A stretch of 64,000 bases of DNA from Bdellovibrionales bacterium (GTDB taxonomy: Bacteria; Bdellovibrionota; Bdellovibrionia; Bdellovibrionales; UBA1609). The notes under the pieces are model-generated. The model saw only the letters and a program-made list of their open reading frames with translations. It had not been told where the DNA came from and made no database searches. Position 1 is the stretch's first letter; each line of letters starts with the position of its first letter. The stretch covers positions 1,408,001-1,472,000 of the forward strand of contig CBDCMT010000001.1 of the NCBI GenBank assembly GCA_965219095.1. Direction: 5' to 3'. This document shows, one piece after another, positions 1-10,514 of the stretch. The position numbers were made by a program, and so were the translations under genes.

Positions 1-2
1 TT

Positions 3-443
3 TATGCCGTAGAATCATCTCAAGAAGCTTTTTTTTATTTAGAAGAGAACATTAGAAGACTCGAATTAAAAGACCGCATCAAACCTCTTCTTATGACATG
101 TGAAGAGTTTTTTCATACATTTTCACAAAATTTTGATCTTGTTGTTTCAAACCCCCCCTATCTTGACAAAAATGATATTCATATAGATCAAGAGGTAAAA
201 GACTATGAACCTCACAAAGCTTTATGGAGTGAAGATAAGGGGCTTTTTTTTCTAAAAACATGGTCTAAAAAGGCAGGAGAAAATCTTATTCAACCTCAAG
301 GCCTTCTTGCTTTAGAAATAGGACAAGACCAAAGACCTGATCTTGAAAGCTCCTTACTCTCTCAAAATCTATGGTCTTGTCTACAATTCCATAAAGACTT
401 ACAGGGAAGAGAACGTATTGCTACTTGCTATAAATCTTTTTAA
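3..443 (+). CDS. prmC: Release-factor glutamine methyltransferase (HemK/PrmC), 5'-truncated by the window edge
   Basis: FDLVVSNPPY motif, EPHKAL, LEIG and KDLQGRER C-terminus; frame is open back to position 3. Confidence 0.9.
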   Translation, partial: YAVESSQEAFFYLEENIRRLELKDRIKPLLMTCEEFFHTFSQNFDLVVSNPPYLDKNDIHIDQEVKDYEPHKALWSEDKGLFFLKTWSKKAGENLIQPQGLLALEIGQDQRPDLESSLLSQNLWSCLQFHKDLQGRERIATCYKSF

Positions 444-452
444 ACTAAAAAG

Positions 453-3362
453 ATGAAGAGAGAACGAAAGTGGATTGTCAAAAAAAAGTCCTCAGGTCGT
501 ATTCTAGGCCCCTATAAAACTTCAGAGATTTTAACACTTTTGTCCTCAGAAGATATTAACGAAGACGACCATATCTCTTTATATCCTGGAACTGACTGGC
601 ACCCCATATCTCAAACTCCTTGTTTCTTTGATCACCTTATCAGCTTACTCGAAAAATCTTTACCAAAACAAAGCACTCAAACTTCTCTTGATGAAACTGT
701 AAGCCCTGAGGATATTAGGATTTCTAAGAGTTTAGGAGAAAATAGCAGTTCAAAAAAAGATAAGGAATTTGAAGCAAAAAATAAATCCTCCATGAAAAGG
801 TTGGAAAAAATCACAGACCTTAGCTCTTTAAAACAAAAACCTACTATTGAACTAAGAGCTAAAAAACATATTCTTAAAAAAAGTAAATTTAAAAAAATTC
901 TTCTCTATAGCTCCTTTTGTCTATCTTTTTTAGCTTTAGCCTTTTTTGTTGTTATTTATGGTGGAAACTTTCAAGAAGCCCAAAATCAAGTACGTTTGAA
1001 GAAACCTCAATCATTAACAAATAACAAAATATCAAAGGAAGATATGAGAAAACTTTTAAGCCTTTCTCTTTTAAATTTTTTCTCAGACACTTTTACTAGT
1101 TACTCTAAAGCCCAAAATCATTTAATTCATATTATAGAAAATTATAAAAACCACAGCCAAGCTCTTGGCCTACTTTGCATAAACTATTTACAACTATGGC
1201 CTTACTCTTACCAAGACACAAAAGACTTAGAAACTGTAGGCTATGCTTTTCAAAAAGCTGTAAGAAGAGTTGAGCCTTTAGATTCAGGACTTTGCAAAAC
1301 GGTCTATTATTTGCTACAAAGTCGTTTTGATGATGCTAGAAAGGAGACATGGAAAGCTCTCACCCAACTTTCAAAATCTGAATACAAAACAGATAGCCAA
1401 GCTTGGATTTCACAACTATCTCCATCCGACTACCGTGTTTTTTTTTTCTACTTGAGAAGTCTAATTCATAGAGAGAAGATTTTTGAATCAGAGGTTTCCT
1501 TAAATTATGCTACCTCAGCTATAAGACTACTTAAGGAACAAAAGGTATCTTGGCTAGCACTTCAAAGACTTCAAGCTAGAATTTATCAAAGCCAAGGAAG
1601 GTTGTCTGAAGCTGCTAAAGTTTACGAACAAAATCTTAAGATCAATCCTGATCATATCCTATCCCAAATTGAATTAGGAATTATTATGTCAAAGAAATTT
1701 AAGAAAAAAAATCAAGCCTACTCTTTACTTTCTAAGGCCTCTCAATCTAAGTTAAAGATTCCCAGTTCTTTACGAAGTAAGGTTTTTTTAAATTTAGCCC
1801 TTATTGAGCTAGATCGGCAACAAAAACAAAAAGCTATTCATTTTCTAAAACAATCTTACAAATGGGATCCTCTGAATAAGGCAACTAAAAATCTTTTAGT
1901 ACAAATGAAAGGTCAAGAAAAATTAGACATCACTTACGTCAATGTTCAAAGGTTTATTTTTACAGGAGATCAATACTTCAGAGAAGGAGATATTGAGTCT
2001 GCTTGTTCGCATTATAAATCAGGCTATGAAATCCAGCCCTCAAGCCCGATTGCCTTAAAGATTGGAGAGTGTTTATGGAGACTTGGTCGTTCCTCTGAAA
2101 CCATATATTGGTTAGAAAAAGCAATTCAAAAAGACCCTAAATTCATTGAACCCTATATAAAATTAGCTGATTACTATAGTCAAAGATACAACTTTAAAAT
2201 TGCCTCCAAGATTCTTTTCAAAGCACAAACACTTTCCCCTGAAAGCCATGAAGTACAAAGAGGTTTCTGTTTATTGCAGTATAGAACAAAAAACTTTGAA
2301 CTTGCTGTTAAATTTTGTGAAAAGGCCTTTAAATTATACCCTAACGATGAAAAAAACCTCATTTTACTAGCTCAATCTTACCTTTTAAACGAAAATTATG
2401 AAAAAGCCCTCAACACGTCCCATAAAGCTATTTTGCTAAGTACTACAACTGTTGAAGCTCAACTCATCTATATAAAAGCTCTTAAAGCCTTACAGGGCGT
2501 AGAAACAGCTATAAAGTACACTGAAAAAATAAGCCTCAAGTTTCCTCAAGTCATAGATTATTACTTAGCCATTTCTGAACTACTTATGGAAGTAGAAAGA
2601 TATAAAGAAGCTAGTTTTTTAATTAAAAAAGCTCATGACTACCAAAAGAATAGTAAAAAGGTTTTCCTACTTCAAGCAAAACTTGAAAAACTCACTAATA
2701 ACAGAAATATGGCTTTAGAAACTTATGGATTCATTGCTACTTTAGATCCCTCTGATCCTCTACCTTTTTTAGAAATCGGTTTGATTTATTTAGAAGCCTC
2801 TCGCTCTAATTTAAAAAACAATCAAATTGAAAGTAGTAAAACTAATTTAAAAGAAGCTAAAAAAAGTTTCCTAATAGTCATTGAAATTAACAAGCTTTAT
2901 CCAAAAATTAACTTATATCTTGCTGAAATTCTTTCTCTAAAGAACAATTTCAAAAATGCCCTTGAGTACCTTGAAAAGGAAAAAAGACTTAACCCCTATC
3001 TTGTTGATTCTTATCTCTTAGCTGCAGACATTTATTTTAAAACCAAAAAATACACATTCTGTGCTAGGGAATACCAACAAGCAATCAGCCTAGCCCCTCA
3101 AAGTTCTGAAATTTATATTAAGGTCGCTATTTGTTATCGTATATCAGGTAAAATTCAAATCGCTGTTCAAATGATCGAACAAGCTAAGAAGCTTGACCCT
3201 GGTAACTTTCATATCTATAAAGAAATGGGGGCTATTTACCAAGTTCTGGGAGAAAGAAGAAAGGCTGTAGAAGCTTACAAAGCTTATCTTTCTTTAAACC
3301 CTGGGGCCAAAGAAAAAAATCAAATTAATATTTATATAAGAAAGTTAAGTTCGGATTACTAA
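453..3362 (+). CDS. Membrane-anchored TPR protein with N-terminal GYF_2-like domain
   Basis: N-terminal W..GRILGPY..W pattern, one hydrophobic helix near aa 150-170, many TPR-like repeats. Confidence 0.8.
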   Translation: MKRERKWIVKKKSSGRILGPYKTSEILTLLSSEDINEDDHISLYPGTDWHPISQTPCFFDHLISLLEKSLPKQSTQTSLDETVSPEDIRISKSLGENSSSKKDKEFEAKNKSSMKRLEKITDLSSLKQKPTIELRAKKHILKKSKFKKILLYSSFCLSFLALAFFVVIYGGNFQEAQNQVRLKKPQSLTNNKISKEDMRKLLSLSLLNFFSDTFTSYSKAQNHLIHIIENYKNHSQALGLLCINYLQLWPYSYQDTKDLETVGYAFQKAVRRVEPLDSGLCKTVYYLLQSRFDDARKETWKALTQLSKSEYKTDSQAWISQLSPSDYRVFFFYLRSLIHREKIFESEVSLNYATSAIRLLKEQKVSWLALQRLQARIYQSQGRLSEAAKVYEQNLKINPDHILSQIELGIIMSKKFKKKNQAYSLLSKASQSKLKIPSSLRSKVFLNLALIELDRQQKQKAIHFLKQSYKWDPLNKATKNLLVQMKGQEKLDITYVNVQRFIFTGDQYFREGDIESACSHYKSGYEIQPSSPIALKIGECLWRLGRSSETIYWLEKAIQKDPKFIEPYIKLADYYSQRYNFKIASKILFKAQTLSPESHEVQRGFCLLQYRTKNFELAVKFCEKAFKLYPNDEKNLILLAQSYLLNENYEKALNTSHKAILLSTTTVEAQLIYIKALKALQGVETAIKYTEKISLKFPQVIDYYLAISELLMEVERYKEASFLIKKAHDYQKNSKKVFLLQAKLEKLTNNRNMALETYGFIATLDPSDPLPFLEIGLIYLEASRSNLKNNQIESSKTNLKEAKKSFLIVIEINKLYPKINLYLAEILSLKNNFKNALEYLEKEKRLNPYLVDSYLLAADIYFKTKKYTFCAREYQQAISLAPQSSEIYIKVAICYRISGKIQIAVQMIEQAKKLDPGNFHIYKEMGAIYQVLGERRKAVEAYKAYLSLNPGAKEKNQINIYIRKLSSDY

Positions 3363-3363
3363 T

Positions 3364-3678
3364 ATGAAGTCAATTGCAGAGTACGTAAAATCTATTGAAG
3401 AAACTCATAACCAAAAAAAGCCCACTCCTTTAGATTATTTTTTCAGCCTTCTCAAACTTATTCTTATTATCTTTTTTTCATTAGGAATAGCTATAACAGG
3501 AGAAATTTTTATTGGTTATGGCCCCTTTTCTTTTTATTTCATAACTTTTGTCGTTGCCAGTGTTTCTTTTAAAGTTTCTAGTCAGTGGAAAAAATCTAAA
3601 TTCCTCATAACTGTATTTCTTATATTACTTTTTTGGCTTCTATTTAAAATTTACGTGTTATCTGTTGCAGGAGGGTGA
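3364..3678 (+). CDS. Small membrane protein (about 3 TM helices)
   Basis: Hydrophobic 104-aa ORF packed between the TPR gene and serS. Confidence 0.7.
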   Translation: MKSIAEYVKSIEETHNQKKPTPLDYFFSLLKLILIIFFSLGIAITGEIFIGYGPFSFYFITFVVASVSFKVSSQWKKSKFLITVFLILLFWLLFKIYVLSVAGG

Positions 3679-3679
3679 A

Positions 3680-4951
3680 ATGATTAATTTAAAGAAACTA
3701 GAACTGGATCCAGAGATTTTTAAAAAAACCCTTAGAAGTAGAGGCTTTGATTCAAACTTAGTGGATCAAATACTCACTACGAATAAAACAAGAAAGTCTC
3801 TCATTAAAGAGGTTGAAGGGCTAAAAGCTTATCAAAATAAGACAAGCAAAGAAATTGTAAAACTTAAAAAAAAGAAAGAGGATATTTCAAAGCTCCTAAT
3901 GGACATGAAAGATACAAGCCACAAAGTTAGCGAACTTCTAAAGAGAAGACAAGCTATGGAAAAAGAATTAAAAGGTCTTCTCTTACATATGCCTAACCTA
4001 TGTCATAAAGATGTTCCTATAGGGGAAGATGAAAAAGCTAACAAAGTTTTATCTGAGCATGGAAAAACACCTCGGTTTTCTTTTCAACCTAAAAGTCATG
4101 TAGAATTAGGAGAGCACTTAAACTCTCTTGACTTTGAAAGTGCTAGCTCTATTTCAGGAGCTCGTTTTGTTTTTGTGAAGGGAAAGCTTGCTCAACTAGA
4201 AAGAGCGATTGCAAACTTTATGCTAGACTGTCATACACAAAAAAATGGCTATGAAGAAATTAACACTCCTCTTATGACCCATAGTTTGGCTATGGAAGCA
4301 ACAGGTCAACTTCCCAAGTTTTCTGAAGAAATGTTTTACATTCCCTCATCAAAACATTACCTTATTTCTACCTCTGAAATTCCCCTTGTAAATTTATTTA
4401 GAGACAAAATCTTGCAAGACAATCTTCTCCCTATTTATGTCACTGCTTACACTCCTTGTTTTCGTGCAGAAGCAGGAAGCTATGGTAAAGACACCAAAGG
4501 CATGATAAGACAACATCAGTTTCACAAAGTTGAACTTGTAAAAATCACTCACCCTGAAACATCCTATCAAGAGCATGAAAAACTTACTGAAAATGCTACA
4601 GACCTTCTAGATCAATTAGGCCTCTGTTATAGAAAAGTCCTTCTTTCTACAGGAGATATAGGGTTTGCAGCTTCAAAATGTTATGATATTGAGGTTTGGA
4701 TTCCTTCTCAAAACACTTATAGAGAGATCAGTTCTTGTTCTAACTGCGAGGATTTTCAAGCAAGAAGAGCTAACATTCGCTTTCGAAAACAGGGTTCTAA
4801 ACCGCAGTGGGTCCACACACTTAATGGCTCTGGCTTAGCTGTAGGAAGAACTCTAATCGCCATTATGGAAAACTTCCAAAATGAAGATGGATCCATTACC
4901 ATTCCTGAAGTACTACGTCCTTATATGAAAGGTCTTCAAAGCATAAGGTAA
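3680..4951 (+). CDS. serS: Serine--tRNA ligase
   Basis: TGQLPKF, FRAEAGSYGKDTKGMIRQHQF, EISSCSNC and HTLNGSGLAVGR; ATG at 3680 after GGAGG. Confidence 0.98.
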   Translation: MINLKKLELDPEIFKKTLRSRGFDSNLVDQILTTNKTRKSLIKEVEGLKAYQNKTSKEIVKLKKKKEDISKLLMDMKDTSHKVSELLKRRQAMEKELKGLLLHMPNLCHKDVPIGEDEKANKVLSEHGKTPRFSFQPKSHVELGEHLNSLDFESASSISGARFVFVKGKLAQLERAIANFMLDCHTQKNGYEEINTPLMTHSLAMEATGQLPKFSEEMFYIPSSKHYLISTSEIPLVNLFRDKILQDNLLPIYVTAYTPCFRAEAGSYGKDTKGMIRQHQFHKVELVKITHPETSYQEHEKLTENATDLLDQLGLCYRKVLLSTGDIGFAASKCYDIEVWIPSQNTYREISSCSNCEDFQARRANIRFRKQGSKPQWVHTLNGSGLAVGRTLIAIMENFQNEDGSITIPEVLRPYMKGLQSIR

Positions 4952-5042
4952 AGGAAGTTTTGATTTTGAAAGATTTAAAACTCGGATCTTACTCAGTCTA
5001 CATCTTAAAAAGGAAAATGTTATGACAACACCTGATTGTTTG

Positions 5043-5163
5043 GTAACTCGGTTTTTAAACCGCTCCTAACTTATACTGACTACACTTCTTTCAAAAAAAC
5101 CCTTTTAAAATCTAAGAAACATCCTCCCCACAGAAGTCAAGGGCTGTTAAGAAACCGACTTAC
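5043..5163. mobile_element. 121-bp IS66-derived MITE
   Basis: Ends GTAACTCGGTT...AACCGACTTAC match the IS66 ends at 52586 and 49991; perfect 8-bp target duplication ATTGTTTG at 5035-5042 and 5164-5171. Confidence 0.9.
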
Positions 5164-5297
5164 ATTGTTTGGACTGAAGTTACACAATTTAATTCACAGG
5201 CTCAATTTTTAATGACTTTTCAGTATTTACTGGACACAGTCTAAAGAAAAAAGACTCATAAAACACATTCTGTAAATTCATACATAAGTCTTGTTCA

Positions 5298-6248
5298 TTA
5301 ATTTTCTCTATCTTGAGAGACTTGAAATGTTTCTGAATGCCATTCTTCTAACTCTTCAACAGTTCTAGGTAAAGCCATATCGACGCTTTTTACTTGAGAT
5401 GCCCTAAGATTGCAGAGAAACCATCCTAAAACAAAACCTAAAACAGAAAGTAAAATAGCAAGACTTGAGAACCACAAGGGAGATAAAATAAGCTTTTTCT
5501 TTGGAGCAATGGGTTGCGATAAAGAAGATATCTTAGGTTTTAACAATGGGAGAGTTAATTTTTTCTTTTGAAACTCTTTTTTTAATTTGTTAACAGATTT
5601 TGTAAATTTTAGATTTTCAGAAGAAAGTACATCTCCTTGAGAGTTTAAAACCATAACACGATTTGGGTTTAAGGTTTTCATGGATGAGGCTACTAAAAAC
5701 ACAATACTTTGAACTTGTTTTGCTGTAAGCAGAACTCCTTCATGTACATCTAAGATAATGGTTGCTGAAGGAGAATGATTTTTTTTATTTTTATACCAGT
5801 ATTTTTTCTGAGGTTTTGTGAGAATCACTTGTGAGGATTTTATAAAGTGAAACCTGTTGATAGCCTGAGCCAGATCTTCTTGTAACTCTTTCTGATATTT
5901 TAGTTTTTGTACATGAGATGAAATAAGACCAAAATAAGGTTTAGAAAAAATACTCTTTGTATTTTGAGCCTTCTTTTTTTTATTTCTTAAATGATTCAAA
6001 ACTTGTTGGGATAGTATAAACTGAGATTTTTTTATCAAAAGTACTGCTCTCGGCCCCTCAAATCTATAATGTATCTTCTTTTCCTTCAAAGCAGAAAAAA
6101 CATCCTCTAATTCAGACTTTTTTATATTTGAAGAAAGAAGTTTGTATTGAGATGAAGACTGTGTTTGTCTAAATGTAAGAAGACATAAAAGTGATAAAAT
6201 AAAAACACAAAGAGCTAATAAAACAGCCTTGTTTAAGCTTTTTTTCAT
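5298..6248 (-). CDS. Shortened FliF/YscJ-family ring protein
   Basis: N-terminal TM, LQEDLAQAI..PSATIIL..QVQSIVFLVASSM..V.V.NSQG ring-building motif, second TM; only 316 aa. Confidence 0.75.
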   Translation of the reverse strand: MKKSLNKAVLLALCVFILSLLCLLTFRQTQSSSQYKLLSSNIKKSELEDVFSALKEKKIHYRFEGPRAVLLIKKSQFILSQQVLNHLRNKKKKAQNTKSIFSKPYFGLISSHVQKLKYQKELQEDLAQAINRFHFIKSSQVILTKPQKKYWYKNKKNHSPSATIILDVHEGVLLTAKQVQSIVFLVASSMKTLNPNRVMVLNSQGDVLSSENLKFTKSVNKLKKEFQKKKLTLPLLKPKISSLSQPIAPKKKLILSPLWFSSLAILLSVLGFVLGWFLCNLRASQVKSVDMALPRTVEELEEWHSETFQVSQDREN

Positions 6249-6483
6249 AACAATATAGCCATGTTAAGCTTAGAGGAAAGGAATTTCTAGTGAGCTTACC
6301 TTTGTTCTGAACTTTATGAATAGACTTTTAGGACTTAAGTTTAGCTTATTATTGACAAAAACATATTGATTGCACTCTCTTGCTTAAGTTCAAGATTTAT
6401 TTTTTTCATTGATTCCATCAACTTGATCTTGATCTATAATTTTACGTGTCTTTGTTACACGCTGAGCCTATGAGCTTAACTAA

Positions 6484-6813
6484 TACCAATTACAGAAATT
6501 AATTCGACATTTTCATGTATAAGTTTGGATTTTTACTTTTAGAAATTTATAACTTTTAAGTACGGGTAAAGAGTGTATCAAATTCATTGGAAAGATATGA
6601 TTCTCTAATGTTTATATACAATTTAGTTTACAGGCTCTTACAGGCTCGTCTCATTTTTTATAATGGAACTTTTCTCTGGCCGATTTTCTTGAAAAATTCC
6701 ATTTTATTATAATCTTCCGTCTGTTCATAATATTCACCCAAGCCTTGGTTCTTTTTCTTAAAGTTTCTATGTCAGGTATTCTTGATTTTCCTAAACATTG
6801 ACGAGAGTACATA
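6484..6813 (-). mobile_element. 3' fragment of IS630-family element (type A), cut by IS5
   Basis: Near-identical in reverse to about 60058-60388; encodes MYSRQCLGKSRIPD...FHYKK. Confidence 0.85.
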
Positions 6814-7151
6814 GTCGAACGTGAAAAATGCACAAACAGCTAAAAACACTTGTTTTTTTGTAATTTTTGCATAAAAATAATTGCAAGGAAGTGGAAAAAC
6901 AGATAAAAAACCTTGCAAAACAGAAAGGAAAAAAGATGAGGCCAAAAGACATGTTCAGCACACAAAAGAGAAGCCCTCTTAATTTTAGAGTAAACGACAT
7001 TGTTCATAAGAAGCATCCGCTTGTCATTTTAGCTAATAAAATAGACTGGGATCGTTTTGATAAAGTTTTTGGTTTGAAGTATGATGAAAAAAAAAAGGTC
7101 GTCCAGGTCTTTCAACTCGTTTAATGGTGGGACTTCAGTGCTTGAAATACA

Positions 7152-8671
7152 GCCTCCTCAAAAGAATCTGTGGGTTCCCGGAGGTTCTGGCAGTTTTCCA
7201 AGGTTATGATATAAGGCGATTTTTATAGCTTTAGAGGTTCTAAAGCCGTAAGATTTTCTCATAGTGAGTTTTACTTTGTTGTTTAAACCCTCTACAATCC
7301 CTGAGGAGAAGGTTTTTTTAGCCTTGAAGTAATTAAGAATAAGTAGCTTATGTCTTCGTATGGTTTTTGCTTTTCTTTTCATAGGTTCAATTTTTGAAAG
7401 CATGACTCGTCTCGTCCAACTGTCTATAAATTTACCAGCCCAAGTTGGTGGAACATAGGTCCATAACTGTCGGAAGTCTTCTTTTAAAAAATAACAGCGG
7501 ATACTTTTTAAATTGTACTGTATTAAATGCCTTAATTTTACTTTTTCATAAGATTTTAAATTTTCTGCATTTTTTAACAAGGGCCATCTAGCTTTTGTTA
7601 AAAGGGGTTCATACCCATCTTCTTTCATTTTTTTGTGTTCTGAAGCTCTCACTTCGTCTAAAGCCTTATTGAGTCTTGCTACGATATGAAACCGATCTAA
7701 TATGTGTAAAGCTCCACTTGCCCTCTCCTTTATGACTTTTAAATAAGGCTTCCACATATCAGAACACACAAACCGTATATCTTTTGACTTCTCTCCTAGT
7801 AAATCAAAGAATTTTCTAAAACTCTTTTCTGTTCTTTTTTCTCCTATCCATAGCAAACGAACACTTTCTTTGCTTATTTCATAGACTAAGGTGAGATACT
7901 GATGGTTCTTTTTCCATTGTATTTCATCTACACCTATAGCTTGTATTCCCTTTAAAACCCTTTGTTTTAAACCATATTCTACGACCCATTCTACCGAAGC
8001 ATAGACCTGATTCCAACTGACATGAAACTTACAAGAAACCTCTTTCCAAGACAGGTGACGACACCAGTCTGCTAAGTACTTCATGTAAAAGATCGTTAAA
8101 CTCTTCTTACCATCGGCCCAAGGTAAATGTTCAACTTTTACCCCACAGCAAGGACAATTGACTCTTCTTACAGCATAAACAAAGAACACCCTGTAACTTA
8201 AAATAGGAAGGGATTCAAAGTCCCGTGATGATTTACTGCTGTCATACACTGAACAGGGCTTCTTACAAACACTACAAAAAGCTTGGCCATTTTTACGAGC
8301 CTTAATAGGAACATTAATTGACTTTCTATCTTTTGAAAAATAAATGTCTCCGTATACAAAAGACTTCCATCTTAAACAATCATTTAGTATAGTCTTCAAA
8401 AGCATCTCTTCCCTCCTTTTTTTTTTTTTTTGAATAACATTTTAAGGCATCTGGGAAGTAGGTGCTTCTTTTTTAAAATTTTAATGTAACACAGCAAATA
8501 AAAGCAAATAAAATGAATGTTTTTGAGTTCAATCACCGGAGGTGATAGAGGCCAGTAAGGGCCTCAAAGAACTCAAAAATACAAGATAGGATTCTTACTC
8601 TTACTTTGATTAATATGAGCTCTTTTGGGGGATTTCTACTACTTTTCACCCACAGATTCCCGGGAGGAGCC
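7152..8671 (-). mobile_element. ISL3-family element, apparently intact
   Basis: Imperfect IRs (GGCTCCTC/GCCTCCTC..GAATCTGTGGGT); 8-bp target duplication GAAATACA at 7144-7151 and 8672-8679. Confidence 0.93.
7158..8405 (-). CDS. ISL3-family transposase
   Basis: Zn-finger CxxC pairs, IGVDE, SDMWKPY, DRFH, EGLNNKVK..R.SYGFR. Confidence 0.95.
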   Translation of the reverse strand: MLLKTILNDCLRWKSFVYGDIYFSKDRKSINVPIKARKNGQAFCSVCKKPCSVYDSSKSSRDFESLPILSYRVFFVYAVRRVNCPCCGVKVEHLPWADGKKSLTIFYMKYLADWCRHLSWKEVSCKFHVSWNQVYASVEWVVEYGLKQRVLKGIQAIGVDEIQWKKNHQYLTLVYEISKESVRLLWIGEKRTEKSFRKFFDLLGEKSKDIRFVCSDMWKPYLKVIKERASGALHILDRFHIVARLNKALDEVRASEHKKMKEDGYEPLLTKARWPLLKNAENLKSYEKVKLRHLIQYNLKSIRCYFLKEDFRQLWTYVPPTWAGKFIDSWTRRVMLSKIEPMKRKAKTIRRHKLLILNYFKAKKTFSSGIVEGLNNKVKLTMRKSYGFRTSKAIKIALYHNLGKLPEPPGTHRFF

Positions 8672-9904
8672 GAAATACATTTATAATTTAAGTGACGAGA
8701 AGACAATAGAAATGTTCAAAGAGAGTCCTCAATGGCAGTATTTTTGTGGTCAGCCTTTTTATTCTTATGAAGATCCCTGTGATAGAAGTTCATTGACTAA
8801 CTGGAGAAAGAGGATGGGGGCTGAGAAGATAGAAGTTCTCTTAGAGGAAACCATTGATTTAGCTTTGAGAGAGGGTTTTGTAAAAAAAAAGAGTTTGAGA
8901 ATGTAGTTGTTGATACAACTGTTCAAGAGAAAGCAATAGCTTTTCCTACAGACAGCCGTCTTTATTACAAAGCTTTAAAGACTTTAGTTCACAGGGCTAA
9001 AAAAGAGGGTTTAGTTTTACGTCAAAGCTATAAAAGAAAGGCCAAGGAGTGTTTGTTTAAGAATGCTCGTTATGCTCATACAAGAAAAATACGTTTAGCA
9101 AGAAAACAGCAAAGAAAGCTTCATACTTATCTAGGTCGTGTGATAAGAGATGTTACAAGAAAAGGAGGTCCTAAGTTCTTGGAAGAGAATACATCTTTAA
9201 AAAGATGTTTATCTTTATGTGTAAGAATTTATAACCAAAAAAGAGGGGATAAGAACAAGGTGTATAGTGTTCATGCTCCTGAGGTTTATTGCATAGGGAA
9301 GGGCAAAGCCCATAAAAAATATGAATTTGGCAATAAGGTGAGTGTGGCAACTTCATCAAAAAAATGCTGGGTTTTAGGGGTAAAGTCATTTGAAAAAAAT
9401 GTATCAGATGTTCACAGTTTAAAGCCAGCCTTATCTCAAGTTGAATCCTTAACAAAGGTTAAGGCAAAAAATTTGTATGTAGATAAAGGTTATCGTGGCA
9501 AAGAGCATCATCCTTCGGGAGTTAATGTTCATATTGGGGGAATGAGTAAAACATTAAGTCCCTACAAAAGAAAACTTCACAGAAGAAGAAGTTCAGTTGA
9601 GGCAATCATTGGTCATATGAAAATAGATTCTCGTATGGGAAGGAACTTTTTATTAGGATCACAAGGGGATGCTATTAATAGTCTTTTATCAGGAGTTTCT
9701 CAAAATTTTAGAAAGTTAATGCTAGAGGTGCGTCTTTTTTCGTTTTTTTCACTGAAATGGCTTAAAAGGCCTGTACGCCTTCTTGAAAACTACTGTTTTG
9801 TTTAAGTTATGAAAAAATATTTAACCCTCTATAGTAGAAAGTAACAGGAATAAAGATCATACAGCATAAAAATCCTAGGCTTTTGTCAATTTTTCACGTT
9901 CGAC

Positions 9905-10012
9905 TAAATAAACTCTTCTCTGACGAGATTGTTTTTTTTCTTTGTCCCAGTAACTGCTTATCTCATACACATAGATGCTTCCATTTCTTTTCTCTTCATA
10001 CCTATAAGACAT
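9905..10012 (-). pseudogene. N-terminal remnant of an IS1634/IS4-like transposase
   Basis: Hand translation MSYRYEEKRNGSIYVYEISSYWDKEKKQSRQRRVYL, cut at the IS5 end. Confidence 0.65.
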
Positions 10013-10514
10013 AGTTCAAATTGAACTATGTTTTAGGGGCTTTGTCAACTCCCTGTTGATGGCTCAAAACTCTTAACGACAGGATCAAATTTCAATCCAA
10101 AAATAGAGCCTATGAAAAACATAGCTTTAAAAAGACCTATAAAAATAGTGTGTTATAAGTTCTCCAGAAAAACTCAATGAGACTAAATTAACTCGTTCTT
10201 ATGATTTATCAGGAGTATTCTGTTGAAAAAAAACAGGCTCTTAGTCCTGAAACCTAGTACCAAAATTAACAGATTTCAGGATCTTAATGGACACCCTTAG
10301 CTACCTTTTTCACTAAAAGGTTTCTACATTAAATCAAATGAACATACAAAAAGCTTAAACAACTCTAACAGTCTTGTAAAAGGAACTGTCGAAGTCATGA
10401 GAAAAGTTCAGAGGCCTTACAACCAATACATTTATAAATTGAGAAATAAAATTAAATTGAAATGATAATTTTATATAGAGCTTGTAATTAATTACAGGCT
10501 ATTCTACAAGCTCT

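Larger units (their letters stand above)
6814..9904 (+). mobile_element. IS5-family element, frameshifted and interrupted by ISL3
   Basis: Terminal IR GTCGAACGTGAAAAAT at both ends flanked by TA; pieces HPLVILANKIDW, WQYFCG, DTTVQEK, GKGKAHKKYEFG, DKGYRG, RSSVEAIIGHMK. Confidence 0.92.

Noticed and set aside
7080..8906. Programmed frameshifting at poly-A runs in the IS5 transposase
   Set aside because: Two separate homopolymer shifts in an element already disrupted by ISL3 are better explained by slippage decay or sequencing error
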